A stretch of DNA of 64,000 nucleotides from Solirubrobacteraceae bacterium (GCA_036271095.1 DATBBG010000060.1:16253-80252); one strand, 5' to 3'; counted from the first letter of the stretch, positions 55,501 through 64,000 are shown. A program made the numbers and translations. The notes: a model not told the origin generated them from the sequence alone.

Positions 55501-56103
55501 CCCCACCTCGGCGGAGATTCCCGGCATCAGATCGGTCCAGCGCTGGTCGTAGACCAGCCCCGCCGCAGGATCCAGGCGCGAGCCGTCGCGCAATCGCGCC
55601 GACCACCACTGCAGCAGCTCGACGACCTCAGGCGTGGAACGCGCCGCGGCGAAGCCGAGGTTCGAGGAGCCGGCGAGCAGGATCGCGAGCTCGCTCGGCT
55701 CGCGGCCGTCGTCGTCGAGCGGCGCCAGCAGGTGTGGCGTCAGCAGGAACGGATGCTCGCGCAGGGCGTCGCCGAGCCCGTCGAGCGCCGCGAACACGCG
55801 TACGTCGCTGTCGAGGTAGACGATCGGCTCATCGCCGTCGAGCAGATGGCGGATGATCTCCGGCTTCAGCGCGCAGCAGAGCTCGGTGACGTCGTAGCGC
55901 GCGCTCATCGCTGCGAAGTCCGCGATCTCCAAATCGCCGGGCGCGAGGATCTCGAACGGCTCCGCAGCCGGGTCGACGAAGCCGTCGAGCGAATCGACGA
56001 CGAGCACCGAAAGGCGGCCGTCGGGCTCGTGGGCGCGCAGCGACTCGGCGAGCGCGCGAGCGTGGGCGAGCCATGCCTTGTTGATGACCGTGCAGACGTG
56101 CAC
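52525..56103 (-). CDS. Multidomain glycosyltransferase (GT-A/GT8-like + GT2 + GT4 + C-terminal coiled coil)
   Basis: N-domain ELCCALKP, YLDSD, NLGF, DQRW, FHFTGF; GT2 DDAS, LNSD, GEEVDF; GT4 HKNR, YEGFGL.P.EA. Confidence 0.88.
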   Translation of the reverse strand: MHVCTVINKAWLAHARALAESLRAHEPDGRLSVLVVDSLDGFVDPAAEPFEILAPGDLEIADFAAMSARYDVTELCCALKPEIIRHLLDGDEPIVYLDSDVRVFAALDGLGDALREHPFLLTPHLLAPLDDDGREPSELAILLAGSSNLGFAAARSTPEVVELLQWWSARLRDGSRLDPAAGLVYDQRWTDLMPGISAEVGRWRDPGVNTGYWRAATSSFELADGTVSVDGVPLRTFHFTGFEPARPGRLSKYDSRTALAEEPALARLCSEFAARLTACGHEHCRQWPYGFASTASGAALSGELRELWDRAQRIGAVRETPFTLDGERELLDWLAAPDAGSPDGSITRYLRARHAASAELRERFPEILGADRDAYLDWAREIAERDRHDVLSLLRERERSPRSGGLRELAPDESIGAQRGETVVCIPVYGAPELFAECLTSVLANTPADVPILVADDASPDPAIAAFVHSLQGTLRHELSYLRQPHNLGFPGNVNAAFAASDPADIVVLNSDCVVADGWLDGLRRAAYSDALVATASALTNHGTILSVPRRNQPLPGIPQQQDLAETAEAVRKLSPRFYPNLPTAIGHCMYIRRQALDLVGGFDLAFSPGYGEEVDFSQRCVLQGLVHVAADDVFVLHHAGGSFGADGSSNPIQREHDRIVEARYPYYERATAAAATAEFGRLPRALASAKRAMVGLTVTIDGRCLGPLVTGTQVHTLQLVRALDATAQVGVRLIVPPDLGGYASSELAKLPGVQLIAHTDVHAAMDKTDVAHRPYQVNNVDDLLILRCAGERQVITHQDLIAYRNPGYFAGYPQWERHRRLTREALTLADRVVFFSHHALKDALSEDLVEPDRARVVYIGVDHAESMRVDQPRTPRKAESLDDREFLLCLGTDFRHKNRMFALRLLQELREEQGWTGRLVLAGPRVSEGSSAGEEAAYLATRPELAESVLTLPAVDEAEKQWLLDHCLAVLYPTTYEGFGLMPFEAADHGRPCLFASQTALAELLPSDLATLVAWNARESAERVAGLLASPDAIAEHVRAIRRAAGPLTWQSTAESLIDVYFAAAASPAREAARMAEQLLDVEREREELERKYAELWQSLTPDTRTLAGPAAVLSPNAQRSLAAALRRPLLRRLLLGPVQLAYRLTRGGGATAPEQPPTSRSDFELHFAWANVEHMREQLAGEASAPGEEP

Positions 56104-56231
56104 CCGCGCGGACTATAACCGCGCCGATCCTGGCGCCTCCGAACGCGTCGGGCGGTGCGATCGCGCCTCCTCACGGCCGCTCGCGAGCGCTACCCGTTCG
56201 GCGCCGCGTGCCTCGCAGATACTCTTGCAAG

Positions 56232-57497
56232 ATGGCTACAGCCTCGATTCATGCCGACTCGCCGATCGTCGTCGACCGCGTCAGCAAGACGTTCCGCGTG
56301 CCCGAGGAGCGCACGCACACGTTGAAGGAGCGCGTTCTGCATCCGCTGCGCCACTCGGGGCACGAGGACTTCTCGGCGCTGCGCGACGTCTCGTTCGCGA
56401 TCGACCGCGGCGAGTTCTTTGGCATCGTCGGACGCAACGGCAGCGGCAAGAGCACGCTGCTGAAGTGCCTGGCCGGCATCTACGCGGTCGACCGCGGGCG
56501 GATCTGGTGCCGCGGGCGGATGTCGCCGTTCATCGAGCTCGGCGTCGGCTTCAACCCGGACCTGGCGGCGCTCGACAACGTCGTGATGAACGGGATCATG
56601 CTCGGGCTCACGCCGAAGCAGGCGCGCGATCGTTACGAGGAGGTGATCGAGTTCGCCGAACTCGAGGAGTTCCAGGACCTGAAGCTGAAGAACTACTCCT
56701 CCGGCATGCATGTCCGCCTGGCGTTCTCGGTGGCGATCCAGGTCGATGCCGACATCCTCTTGATCGACGAGGTGCTCGCGGTCGGCGACGCCTCCTTCCA
56801 GCAGAAGTGCTTCGACGTCTTCAATCGCCTGCGCGACGAGGGGCGCACGATCGTCTTCGTCACGCACGACATGGGCTCGGTCAACCGCTTCTGCCATCGC
56901 GCCCTGCTGCTCGAGCGCGGCGATGTCGTTGCGCTGGGCGAGCCGCAGGAGGTCGCCGACCACTACCTCGCGCTGAACTTCGATCGCGAGGGCGCCGCGG
57001 CGGCGCCAGAGCAGGACGAGAGCCTTGCCGCCGAATGGGCTGGCAGCCACGAGGCGCGAATCCTCGAGGCTTGGACCGAGGACGCCACGGGCAGGCGTCA
57101 GAACGCCTGCCCGCAAGGGGAGCGGTTGCGCTTCAAGGCATCGGTCGCGATCGAGAGCGCGATCGATGACCCGGCGTTCTCGGTCGAGCTCGAGGACGAG
57201 TGGGGCACGAAGATGTTCATCGCGACGACCGCCGTCGAGAACGAGCGCTCGGGACGCTTCCAGGCGGGTGAACGGGTCACGTTCAGCGTCGACTTCGAGA
57301 ACCACCTTTCGCCCGGCAAGTACTACCCGACCGTCAATGTCGCGCGTCGCGGCGGCGGCCTCGACGTGATCCATCGGGTCCGGCGAATGGCGACGATCAC
57401 GGTGTTCGGCTCGACTGCGCAAGGCGGCGTCGTGGACCTGCCATACGTCGCCAGCGTCGATCGCTCGGTAGAGCCTGCGGCGCTGTCGAGAAGCTGA
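56232..57497 (+). CDS. wzt: Polysaccharide ABC exporter ATPase with C-terminal Wzt carbohydrate-binding domain
   Basis: GRNGSGKST, YSSGM.VRLAF, DEVLAVGD..FQQKC, then about 150-aa Wzt_C-like domain. Confidence 0.93.
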   Translation: MATASIHADSPIVVDRVSKTFRVPEERTHTLKERVLHPLRHSGHEDFSALRDVSFAIDRGEFFGIVGRNGSGKSTLLKCLAGIYAVDRGRIWCRGRMSPFIELGVGFNPDLAALDNVVMNGIMLGLTPKQARDRYEEVIEFAELEEFQDLKLKNYSSGMHVRLAFSVAIQVDADILLIDEVLAVGDASFQQKCFDVFNRLRDEGRTIVFVTHDMGSVNRFCHRALLLERGDVVALGEPQEVADHYLALNFDREGAAAAPEQDESLAAEWAGSHEARILEAWTEDATGRRQNACPQGERLRFKASVAIESAIDDPAFSVELEDEWGTKMFIATTAVENERSGRFQAGERVTFSVDFENHLSPGKYYPTVNVARRGGGLDVIHRVRRMATITVFGSTAQGGVVDLPYVASVDRSVEPAALSRS

Positions 57498-57515
57498 CGT
57501 CGAGACGGCTGGCGC

Positions 57516-58364
57516 TCAGCCGACCGTCGCGACCAGCTTGATCCCACTGACGCCCAGGTCGAGCCACGAGAAGCGCGCGAGCTCGGGCGTGAGACGCGTC
57601 GGGCTCGCCATCAGCTCGAGCCGCCGCACGACGAAGCCGGCGGCGAGCATCGATCGCTGCAGCTCGTCGACCGTGATCCTGTTGAGGTGGCGAAACTCGC
57701 GCGCCATCATCTCGGTCCAGTCGGCGGGCTTGAGATCGCTCGCGAGAACCTCCTCGGCGATCTCCGACTCGGCGCGCTGCAGGTGGTGGTGGTCCTCGGG
57801 GAACCACTCCCACAGGTGCGAGCCCTTGGCCGAGAAATAGAATGGCCAGAGCTGCAGGAAGAAGGCGCCGCCCGGAGCGATGACGCGGCGGATCTCGCGG
57901 AGCACCTCGATTGGGCGCGAGATGTGCTCGAACGCCGACCACGAGAAGGCGAAGTCGAACGAGCCGTCGGCCGCGGGGAGGCCGTCGACGACCGACTGCT
58001 CGAAGCTGAGCCCGGCTCGCGGCGAGGCGTCCACGCCCTCCTCGCGCGCTCTCGCAAAGAGGTTCTCGGTGTCGGTCGGGTTCAGATCGAAGCCGGTCAG
58101 CGTGCGCGGCCGGACTTTGTCGAACAGACCGAGATCCATGAAGCCATCGCCACAGCCGACGTCGACGATCGTCTTGCCGGTCAGCGACAGCCCCTCGGCG
58201 GCGAAGATCTCGACGATCTGATCGGCGGCCATCTCGTAGTGATCCCAGAACCACTGCGACTGCGGGCTGCGCGGAGCTTGGGCCGGGGGCTCGGGCGCCG
58301 CGCCGACGACCGGCGATCGCTCAGCTCGCGCCCGAAACCGGTCGGCGAATCGTCGGGCCGTCAT
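57516..58364 (-). CDS. Class I SAM-dependent methyltransferase
   Basis: VDVGCGDG, LP.ADGSFD, FEH, PGG; TAGCGT -10 element 7 nt before ATG 58364. Confidence 0.9.
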   Translation of the reverse strand: MTARRFADRFRARAERSPVVGAAPEPPAQAPRSPQSQWFWDHYEMAADQIVEIFAAEGLSLTGKTIVDVGCGDGFMDLGLFDKVRPRTLTGFDLNPTDTENLFARAREEGVDASPRAGLSFEQSVVDGLPAADGSFDFAFSWSAFEHISRPIEVLREIRRVIAPGGAFFLQLWPFYFSAKGSHLWEWFPEDHHHLQRAESEIAEEVLASDLKPADWTEMMAREFRHLNRITVDELQRSMLAAGFVVRRLELMASPTRLTPELARFSWLDLGVSGIKLVATVG

Positions 58365-58510
58365 CGGCGAGACGCTACCAGGGGCCCTTCGGCTCCCGGC
58401 AGTGCGTGCCTCGGCGCTCGCTACGCTTCGGGCGTGAATGAGATCGCACATGAGTCGGGCGCGGCGCGCCCGACTCGCGCGGCTAGGGTGGCGCTCGCGC
58501 AGGTGGCGGC

Positions 58511-59389
58511 GTGAGCACGGCCGAGCTGGATCTGCCTGAGCTGGATCTCGCCGCGCTCGGGCCGCCGATGCGCGGACCGCGCGCGCTGACGCACGATTGG
58601 TCGCGGTTCTGGCACCTCACCTACAACATCGCGCGCAACGAGTTCAAGCTGCGCTTCTTCGGCTCGGTGCTCGGCTACCTGTGGCAGCTGATGCGCCCGC
58701 TGCTGCTGTTCGGCGTGCTGCTGTTCGTCTTCAGCCACGTCGCGAAAGTCAGCAGCGCGCCGCACTACGCCGTCGCGCTGCTCGCAGGGATCGTGCTGTT
58801 CACGTTCTTCGGCGAAGCGACGGGCGGCGCCGTGCGCAGCGTCGTCGACCGCGAGAACCTGGTCCGCAAGATCCACTTTCCGCGACTCGTGATCCCCTTG
58901 TCGATCGTCTTGCTCGCCTCGTTCAACCTCGTGCTGAACCTGGTCGTCGTGCTGATCTTCGCGCTGGCCGAAGGCGTCCAGCCGATGGTCTCGTGGGTCG
59001 AGGCGCCGCTGATCTTGGCGATGCTCGTGATCCTCTGCACCGGGCTGGCGATGCTGCTGTCGGCGCTGTTCGTCCACTTCCGCGACATCCAGCCGATCTG
59101 GGAGGTCGTCAACCAGGTCTTGTTCTACGCCTCGGGCATCCTGATCCCGGTCGAGCTGCTGAAAGAACGCACGAGCGCGCTGGCGTTCCACCTGTTGATG
59201 CTCAACCCGCTGGCGATCATCGTCGAGCAGTTTCGTCACGCGATGATCGATCGACATGCGCTGTCGGCCGGCCAGGTCGTCGGCGGTTGGTGGCAGCTGC
59301 TCGAGCCGCTCGGGATCGTCGCCGTGATCTTCGCGGTGGGCTTCTGGGTGTTCAATCGCTCGGCGCCGTTGATCGCCGAGAACCTGTAG
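58511..59389 (+). CDS. wzm: Polysaccharide ABC-2 permease
   Basis: FKLRFFGSVLGYLW..RPL, LVRKIHFPR, FRDI, LNPL. Confidence 0.93.
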   Translation: MSTAELDLPELDLAALGPPMRGPRALTHDWSRFWHLTYNIARNEFKLRFFGSVLGYLWQLMRPLLLFGVLLFVFSHVAKVSSAPHYAVALLAGIVLFTFFGEATGGAVRSVVDRENLVRKIHFPRLVIPLSIVLLASFNLVLNLVVVLIFALAEGVQPMVSWVEAPLILAMLVILCTGLAMLLSALFVHFRDIQPIWEVVNQVLFYASGILIPVELLKERTSALAFHLLMLNPLAIIVEQFRHAMIDRHALSAGQVVGGWWQLLEPLGIVAVIFAVGFWVFNRSAPLIAENL

Positions 59390-59397
59390 GCGGCTTG

Positions 59398-60714
59398 GTG
59401 GCGGCAGGGGCGGGGGACGGCGAGCGCGCTCGATTGGGTCCGGCGTCGTTCGTCGGCTGCACGGTCATCACCTGCGGTTACCTCCCGTACGCACGCGTGC
59501 TGGCCGAGTCCTTTCGCCGGCACAACCCCGACGCCGAGTTCGTTGCGCTGCTGGTCGACGGCGATCCGAGCCGGCTCGGAGATGAGCCGTTCTGCGTGCT
59601 GACGCCCGGGGACGTCGGCATCTCGCCGGAGGAGCTCGACCTGCGCGGGCTGATGTACACGGCGACCGAGCTGGTCTGCTCGCTGCGCCCGGCGCTGCTT
59701 CGCCATCTACTGGGCGCCGGTGCGAGTGCGGCGATCCTGATGGACGCGGATGGCTGTGTCTATGGCGGTCTACGCGCGATCGCCGCGCGCGCGGCGGACG
59801 TCGGCACGCTGTTCACGGCGCACCTGCTCGCTCCACACCCGCCTCCTGACGCGAGCGACGAGAGCCTCGAGCTGGTGCAAATCGGCTACGGAGTGCTGAA
59901 CGGCGGCTTCCTCGCGGTCGGCTCGCGTAGCGCGACGTTCCTCGACTGGCTGCACGAGCGCCTGAGGCGCCACTGCGTGAACGCGCCGGAGCGAGGGCTG
60001 TATCTCGATCAGCGCTGGCTCGATCTCGCGATCGGGATGTTCCCGCACGAGATCCTCAGCCAGTCGGGCTGCAACGTCATGTGCCTGAACCTGCAGCAGC
60101 GCGACGTGCTGTGGCACGGTGAGCGGCCGAGCATGTCCGACGGGCCGCTGCTGTACTTCCACTTCCTGCTCGGCTTCGACCCCGAGCGACCGGAGCAGCT
60201 CTGCGCAGAGCCGTTCGCCGCCCGCTGGCTGGGGTATCTCACGGAGCGTCCCGGCGCGCAACGCCTGGCGCACGAGTACGCCGAGCGGCTGCTCGCTCAC
60301 GGTGCGCCCGAGGCGCGGCGCCCGCCGCAGCACTACGACACGCTGCCGGGCGGGCTGCCGATCGACCGTCACGTGCGCGCCGCGGTTCGCCGTGGGGTGC
60401 TCGCGGCGGAGCAGGGCTCGGCGCAGGCGCCACCGAACCCATTCCACGACGGCGACAGCGAGGCACTGCTGCGCTGGCTCTCGCAGCCGGTCGGCGACGC
60501 TCCGCAACACGCCGGCCTGTCGCGCTACCGCCAGGCGATCCGCGATCTGCGCCCGGATCTGCTCGCCGCCTTTCCGGGAGTTCCGGGCGAGCACACGCAG
60601 CGCTTCCTCGCTTGGGTCGACAGCGAGCGAGACGGGGAGTGGATGGCGCAGTACGCGATCCTCGAGCGGGCGACGACGGACGGCTCAGCCGTCTCGGCTC
60701 GACCGCGCTCGTAA
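59398..60714 (+). CDS. Stand-alone GT-A/GT8-like protein homologous to the N-terminal domain of 52525..56103 (start approximate)
   Basis: CTVI...YL..ARVLAES, ELVCSLRP, DAD, NGGF, DQRWLDL, YFHF.GFDP, SRY...RPDL..AFP. Confidence 0.8.
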   Translation: MAAGAGDGERARLGPASFVGCTVITCGYLPYARVLAESFRRHNPDAEFVALLVDGDPSRLGDEPFCVLTPGDVGISPEELDLRGLMYTATELVCSLRPALLRHLLGAGASAAILMDADGCVYGGLRAIAARAADVGTLFTAHLLAPHPPPDASDESLELVQIGYGVLNGGFLAVGSRSATFLDWLHERLRRHCVNAPERGLYLDQRWLDLAIGMFPHEILSQSGCNVMCLNLQQRDVLWHGERPSMSDGPLLYFHFLLGFDPERPEQLCAEPFAARWLGYLTERPGAQRLAHEYAERLLAHGAPEARRPPQHYDTLPGGLPIDRHVRAAVRRGVLAAEQGSAQAPPNPFHDGDSEALLRWLSQPVGDAPQHAGLSRYRQAIRDLRPDLLAAFPGVPGEHTQRFLAWVDSERDGEWMAQYAILERATTDGSAVSARPRS

Positions 60715-60824
60715 GCCGCAGCCGGACGGCAGCGTCGAGACCCCGGGCGCGGCTTGAGCCGTCAGCGCTGCGGTTAGACTCCCCGACCGCGCCGGACGGG
60801 ACGACGCAGGTGGCTCGACCGATC

Positions 60825-60883
60825 CGAAGCGTCCGACCCGATCACGAAGGTCCGATCCGATCACGAAGCGTCCGACCCGATCA
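60825..60883. repeat. Intergenic tandem repeat of about 20 bp x3
   Basis: cgaagcgtccgacccgatca (60825), cgaaggtccgatccgatca (60845), cgaagcgtccgacccgatca (60864). Confidence 0.88.
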
Positions 60884-60970
60884 GATGTCGTCGACCCGAA
60901 CCTGCCTCGTACGCGGGCCGGTCTCGGCGTGCCCGCTCGCGCCACGGCCAACGACTCTACGTTTGCGCGG

Positions 60971-62719
60971 GTGTCGTTGAGCGGCGTTGCCCGCCGGCTC
61001 CCGTCGCCCGCCACGCTGGCGGTCGTCGCCGTGGCCGCGGGCGTGATCTGCTTCCTCGCATGGCCGATGCTGTTCACCTCCTCGGGCATGGCCCAGGACT
61101 GGTCGAACCACCTCTGGTACATCTGGCGCCAGAGCGTCGCGATCGGGCGCAATCACGAACCGAGCTTGTTCCTCGACTACGGCGGATCGGTCTTCTACCC
61201 GTTTTACGCCTTTTACGGAGGAACGATCTACGCGCTCGCGGGCACGCTCTCGCTGCTGCTCGGGCATGCTCCGACGGCCGCCTACGTGACGAGCTATGTG
61301 CTCGGCTTCGCCGCGACGTACACGGGCTGGTACTGGCTGGCGCGAACGGCCGGGCTCGGGCGCTGGGAGGCGCAGGTTCCGGCGTTGCTGTTCATCAGCT
61401 CGGCCTACTACCTGACCCTGATCTACGCGCGCGGCGACTGGGGGGAGTTCGTCGCGGTCTCCGCGTTGCCGCTGCTCGCCGCCGCCGCGGTGCGCGTGCT
61501 GCTCGCCGAGCGAACGCCGATCGGCTGGGGGATTGTGCTGGCCTTCGCGGCACTCGTCTTCTTCGGCAGTCACAACATCACGATGCTGTGGGGCGTCACG
61601 GCGCTTGCGCTCGGTGCTGTCGCGATCGCGGCGCTGGTCCCGCAGGCCCGCCGCCTGCTCACCCTCCGCGGCGTGCTGCGCGTGCTCACGATCGTCGTTC
61701 CGGCGGCGCTGATCAACTCCTGGTACTTGCTCTCGGCGCTCGCTTACGGGCAGCGCAGCTCGATCGCGAGTCACTACGAATACGCGCAGTCGCTGCGCAG
61801 CCTCTCGATCCTCGTCGGCACCGGTCACCTGTTCACCTTCTCGCGCGCCAGCGTTGTCGAGAGCACGCCGGACTTCGTGCTCGCGCTGCCGGTGATCGCC
61901 GTTGCCTGGGTGATCCTCAGCGTCGCGATCTCGCTCGTCGTTCGCGGCAGCACGACGTGGCGGCGCGTGCTGTGGGTCTTCGCGGCGCTCGGCGTCGTGT
62001 TCGCCGTGCTGATGACGCACGTCGGCCTGATCCTGGACCTGCCGCGGCCATACACGCTGCTGCAGTTCTCCTACCGCCTGGAGACCTACGTGCTGATCGC
62101 CGTCAGCGGATCCGCCGTCGCGATCCTGGTGCTCGCACGAAGCTGGCCCGGACGATGGCGGCTGTGGTCCTGGACGGCGCTGATCGTCTTGATCGTCTCG
62201 GCAATCGGCGCGATTCAGCAGGTGGACTCCTATCCGCGCGGGGGAGGCTTCCCAGGAGTCGTCGTGCCCGATCGCTACAGGGTCTTCGAACCGCCGCAGC
62301 CGCCGTTCAGCGGCGGTCTCGGCGACTACAACGACGCCAGCCTGCCGCTCGTCGAACCGGGCGGCACGCCGCTCGGCATCGTCTTCCCGACGACGATCCA
62401 CGGCGAAATGGTCTCGCTGAACGTCGATCTGCCGGCTCACGCGCTCGTCCACACGAACCTGACCGGCGCGCCGTACCTCGTCGCGGTCTCTGGCGCGAAG
62501 GTCGTCGGCCACGACAAATCCGGCGACATGGTGCTCGAACTCGGGCCAGGCGCCTCCCATGTCGTGACGCTGCAGCGCTCCTCGCGCCTGCCTGTCGAGC
62601 TCGGGCGAATCCTCTCGCGCGTGGCGCTGGTCTTTCTCCTGTTGCTGCTCCTCGCGGGACTGATCGGCCGCTTGCGCAGTCGCCGCACCAAGACCGACGC
62701 CGCGCCCGCGGCTGGCTGA
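60971..62719 (+). CDS. Polytopic membrane protein, GT-C superfamily (PTPS-related/YfhO-like)
   Basis: DW.NH, YPFYAFYG, YY....YARG..GE, SH, LQFSYR; TACGTT -10 element 7 nt before GTG 60971 (GTG 60929 is an alternative start). Confidence 0.72.
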   Translation: MSLSGVARRLPSPATLAVVAVAAGVICFLAWPMLFTSSGMAQDWSNHLWYIWRQSVAIGRNHEPSLFLDYGGSVFYPFYAFYGGTIYALAGTLSLLLGHAPTAAYVTSYVLGFAATYTGWYWLARTAGLGRWEAQVPALLFISSAYYLTLIYARGDWGEFVAVSALPLLAAAAVRVLLAERTPIGWGIVLAFAALVFFGSHNITMLWGVTALALGAVAIAALVPQARRLLTLRGVLRVLTIVVPAALINSWYLLSALAYGQRSSIASHYEYAQSLRSLSILVGTGHLFTFSRASVVESTPDFVLALPVIAVAWVILSVAISLVVRGSTTWRRVLWVFAALGVVFAVLMTHVGLILDLPRPYTLLQFSYRLETYVLIAVSGSAVAILVLARSWPGRWRLWSWTALIVLIVSAIGAIQQVDSYPRGGGFPGVVVPDRYRVFEPPQPPFSGGLGDYNDASLPLVEPGGTPLGIVFPTTIHGEMVSLNVDLPAHALVHTNLTGAPYLVAVSGAKVVGHDKSGDMVLELGPGASHVVTLQRSSRLPVELGRILSRVALVFLLLLLLAGLIGRLRSRRTKTDAAPAAG

Positions 62720-62720
62720 G

Positions 62721-64000
62721 ATGAAGCTCCGCTCGCCGCTGCGCCCGGTCAACCGGGAGCGATCCACCGCTCGGCGCCTCTACCAGCGCTACCCGCTGAT
62801 TCCGCTCGGCGTGTTCGTCGCGATCATCCTGCTGTTGCTGTCGCCTTCGCTGCTCGGCGGCAAGATCCTCAGCAGCGGCGAAGTGGTCTTCTTCCAAGGG
62901 CCGTTCAACGGAGAGAAGCCGGCGTCGCTGACGGCCGAGGGCAACAGCGAGCTGTTCGATCCGGTGCTCGTCTTCCAGCCCGACCTGATCACGATTCGCA
63001 GGGCCCTGGAGGGCGGAGAGCTCGGTCTGTGGACTCCGTATCAGACGGCCGGTAGGCCATTGTGGGCCTCGCAGCAGGCCGCGCCGCTGTTCCCGTTGAC
63101 CTGGCTTGCGTTCATCGGCTCCTCGTTCTGGCGCTCGCTCGCCTGGATCGCGGCGTTGAAGCTCCTGCTGGCGGCGTTCGGCGCCTACGCGCTCGGACGT
63201 TGGATCGGCCTGCAGAAGGGTCCCGCAGTGTTGGCGGCCGTCGCATACGCGTTCTGCTCGTACATCAACGACGAGCTGCAGTTCCCGCTTTCGGCGGTGA
63301 TGGCGATGATGCCTTGGGCGATGCTGATGGCCGGGCGCGTCGGTCGCTACGGCCGCGCGCTCGACGCGCTTGGCCTGATGCTCGCGGTCGGCCTGACACT
63401 GCTGACAGGCAGTCCCGAGCTGATCTCGATCGCGCTCGGCGGCGTCGTCGCATATGCCTTGTACGAGCTGATCGGAGGGGTGGCCGATCCCGGCGGCGGC
63501 CCACAGGCGAGCCGCCGCCGCCGGCTGGGCCTGCTGATCGGCGGCGGTATCGGCGGTCTGGCGTTGAGCGCCACTGCGCTTGCTCCGTTCGCCGAGTTCC
63601 TCGGCGTGGCGAACACGACCTCGCGCGGCGGCGTCGGGATCTACCCGAACAGCATCGCCTACTCGTTCTTCTTTCCCGAGCTGTGGGGCGCGCCGGACAA
63701 GGCGATCGGCCAGTTCGGGCCGATCAACTACACCGAACGAACGGCTTACATCGGCGCGTTTCCGCTGCTGCTGGCGGTCGGCGGCCTGTTCGCCAGGCGT
63801 CCTCGGCGGATGCACCTGTTCTGGGGCGCGTTCACGCTCGTCGCCGTGCTGATCGCGATGCACACCTTCCTGCACGACTTCGTCTCTGAACTTCCCGGCC
63901 CGGACAAAGTCGGCATGTTGCGCGCGCTGATGCTGATCGACATCGGCGGCGCGCTGTTGGCCGGCCTCGGGCTGCAGGCCTGGCTGCAGACCGACCGCCG
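62721..64000 (+). CDS. YfhO-family GT-C membrane protein (3' end truncated by the window; absent from the ORF track)
   Basis: Own translation from ATG 62721: MKLRSP..LIPLGVFVAIILLLLSP..ELFD..FQPD..GELGLWTPYQTAGRPL....AAPLFP, matching the YfhO LWNPY..G.P motif. Confidence 0.78.
   Translation, partial: MKLRSPLRPVNRERSTARRLYQRYPLIPLGVFVAIILLLLSPSLLGGKILSSGEVVFFQGPFNGEKPASLTAEGNSELFDPVLVFQPDLITIRRALEGGELGLWTPYQTAGRPLWASQQAAPLFPLTWLAFIGSSFWRSLAWIAALKLLLAAFGAYALGRWIGLQKGPAVLAAVAYAFCSYINDELQFPLSAVMAMMPWAMLMAGRVGRYGRALDALGLMLAVGLTLLTGSPELISIALGGVVAYALYELIGGVADPGGGPQASRRRRLGLLIGGGIGGLALSATALAPFAEFLGVANTTSRGGVGIYPNSIAYSFFFPELWGAPDKAIGQFGPINYTERTAYIGAFPLLLAVGGLFARRPRRMHLFWGAFTLVAVLIAMHTFLHDFVSELPGPDKVGMLRALMLIDIGGALLAGLGLQAWLQTDR

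Noticed and set aside
58597-59397. N-terminal part of the 705-aa ORF, suggesting a Wzm-GT fusion
   Set aside because: It is a different frame overlapping wzm, which has its own stop at 59389; GT-like similarity begins only near 59450
1-64000. Mobile elements, prophage, tRNA/rRNA or defence systems
   Set aside because: No transposase, integrase, phage structural, nuclease or structured-RNA signatures were recognised

Overview
A high-GC actinobacterial window. Gene content (tandem TetR, PrsA-like protein, secreted Ig-like proteins, many apparently leaderless genes) suggests Thermoleophilia/Solirubrobacterales; this is an inference. The left half (1-33.7 kb) mixes regulators, transporters and metabolic enzymes: TetR, MarR-MFS, acetolactate decarboxylase, aldo-keto reductase, quinone reductase, hydrolase, an MprAB-like two-component system, an isobutyryl-CoA-mutase-type subunit, an FAD oxidase and a P450. 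It also holds a decayed NAD-formate dehydrogenase gene. Two modules stand out. (i) A translationally coupled operon of ferric-reductase-like protein / Ser-Thr-rich anchored protein / ApbE flavin transferase, preceded by an 11-bp-periodic OmpR-type box array that recurs at other promoters in the window. (ii) Three arylsulfotransferase (ASST) paralogs, one missing its catalytic core, plus a P-loop sulfotransferase. The right half (33.8-64 kb) is a large cell-surface glycan locus: GT2, GT4, GT-C and multidomain glycosyltransferases, three methyltransferases, a Wzx flippase and a Wzt/Wzm ABC exporter. No rRNA, tRNA, CRISPR array or transposase was seen. Family assignments come from motif recognition by eye, not database searches.
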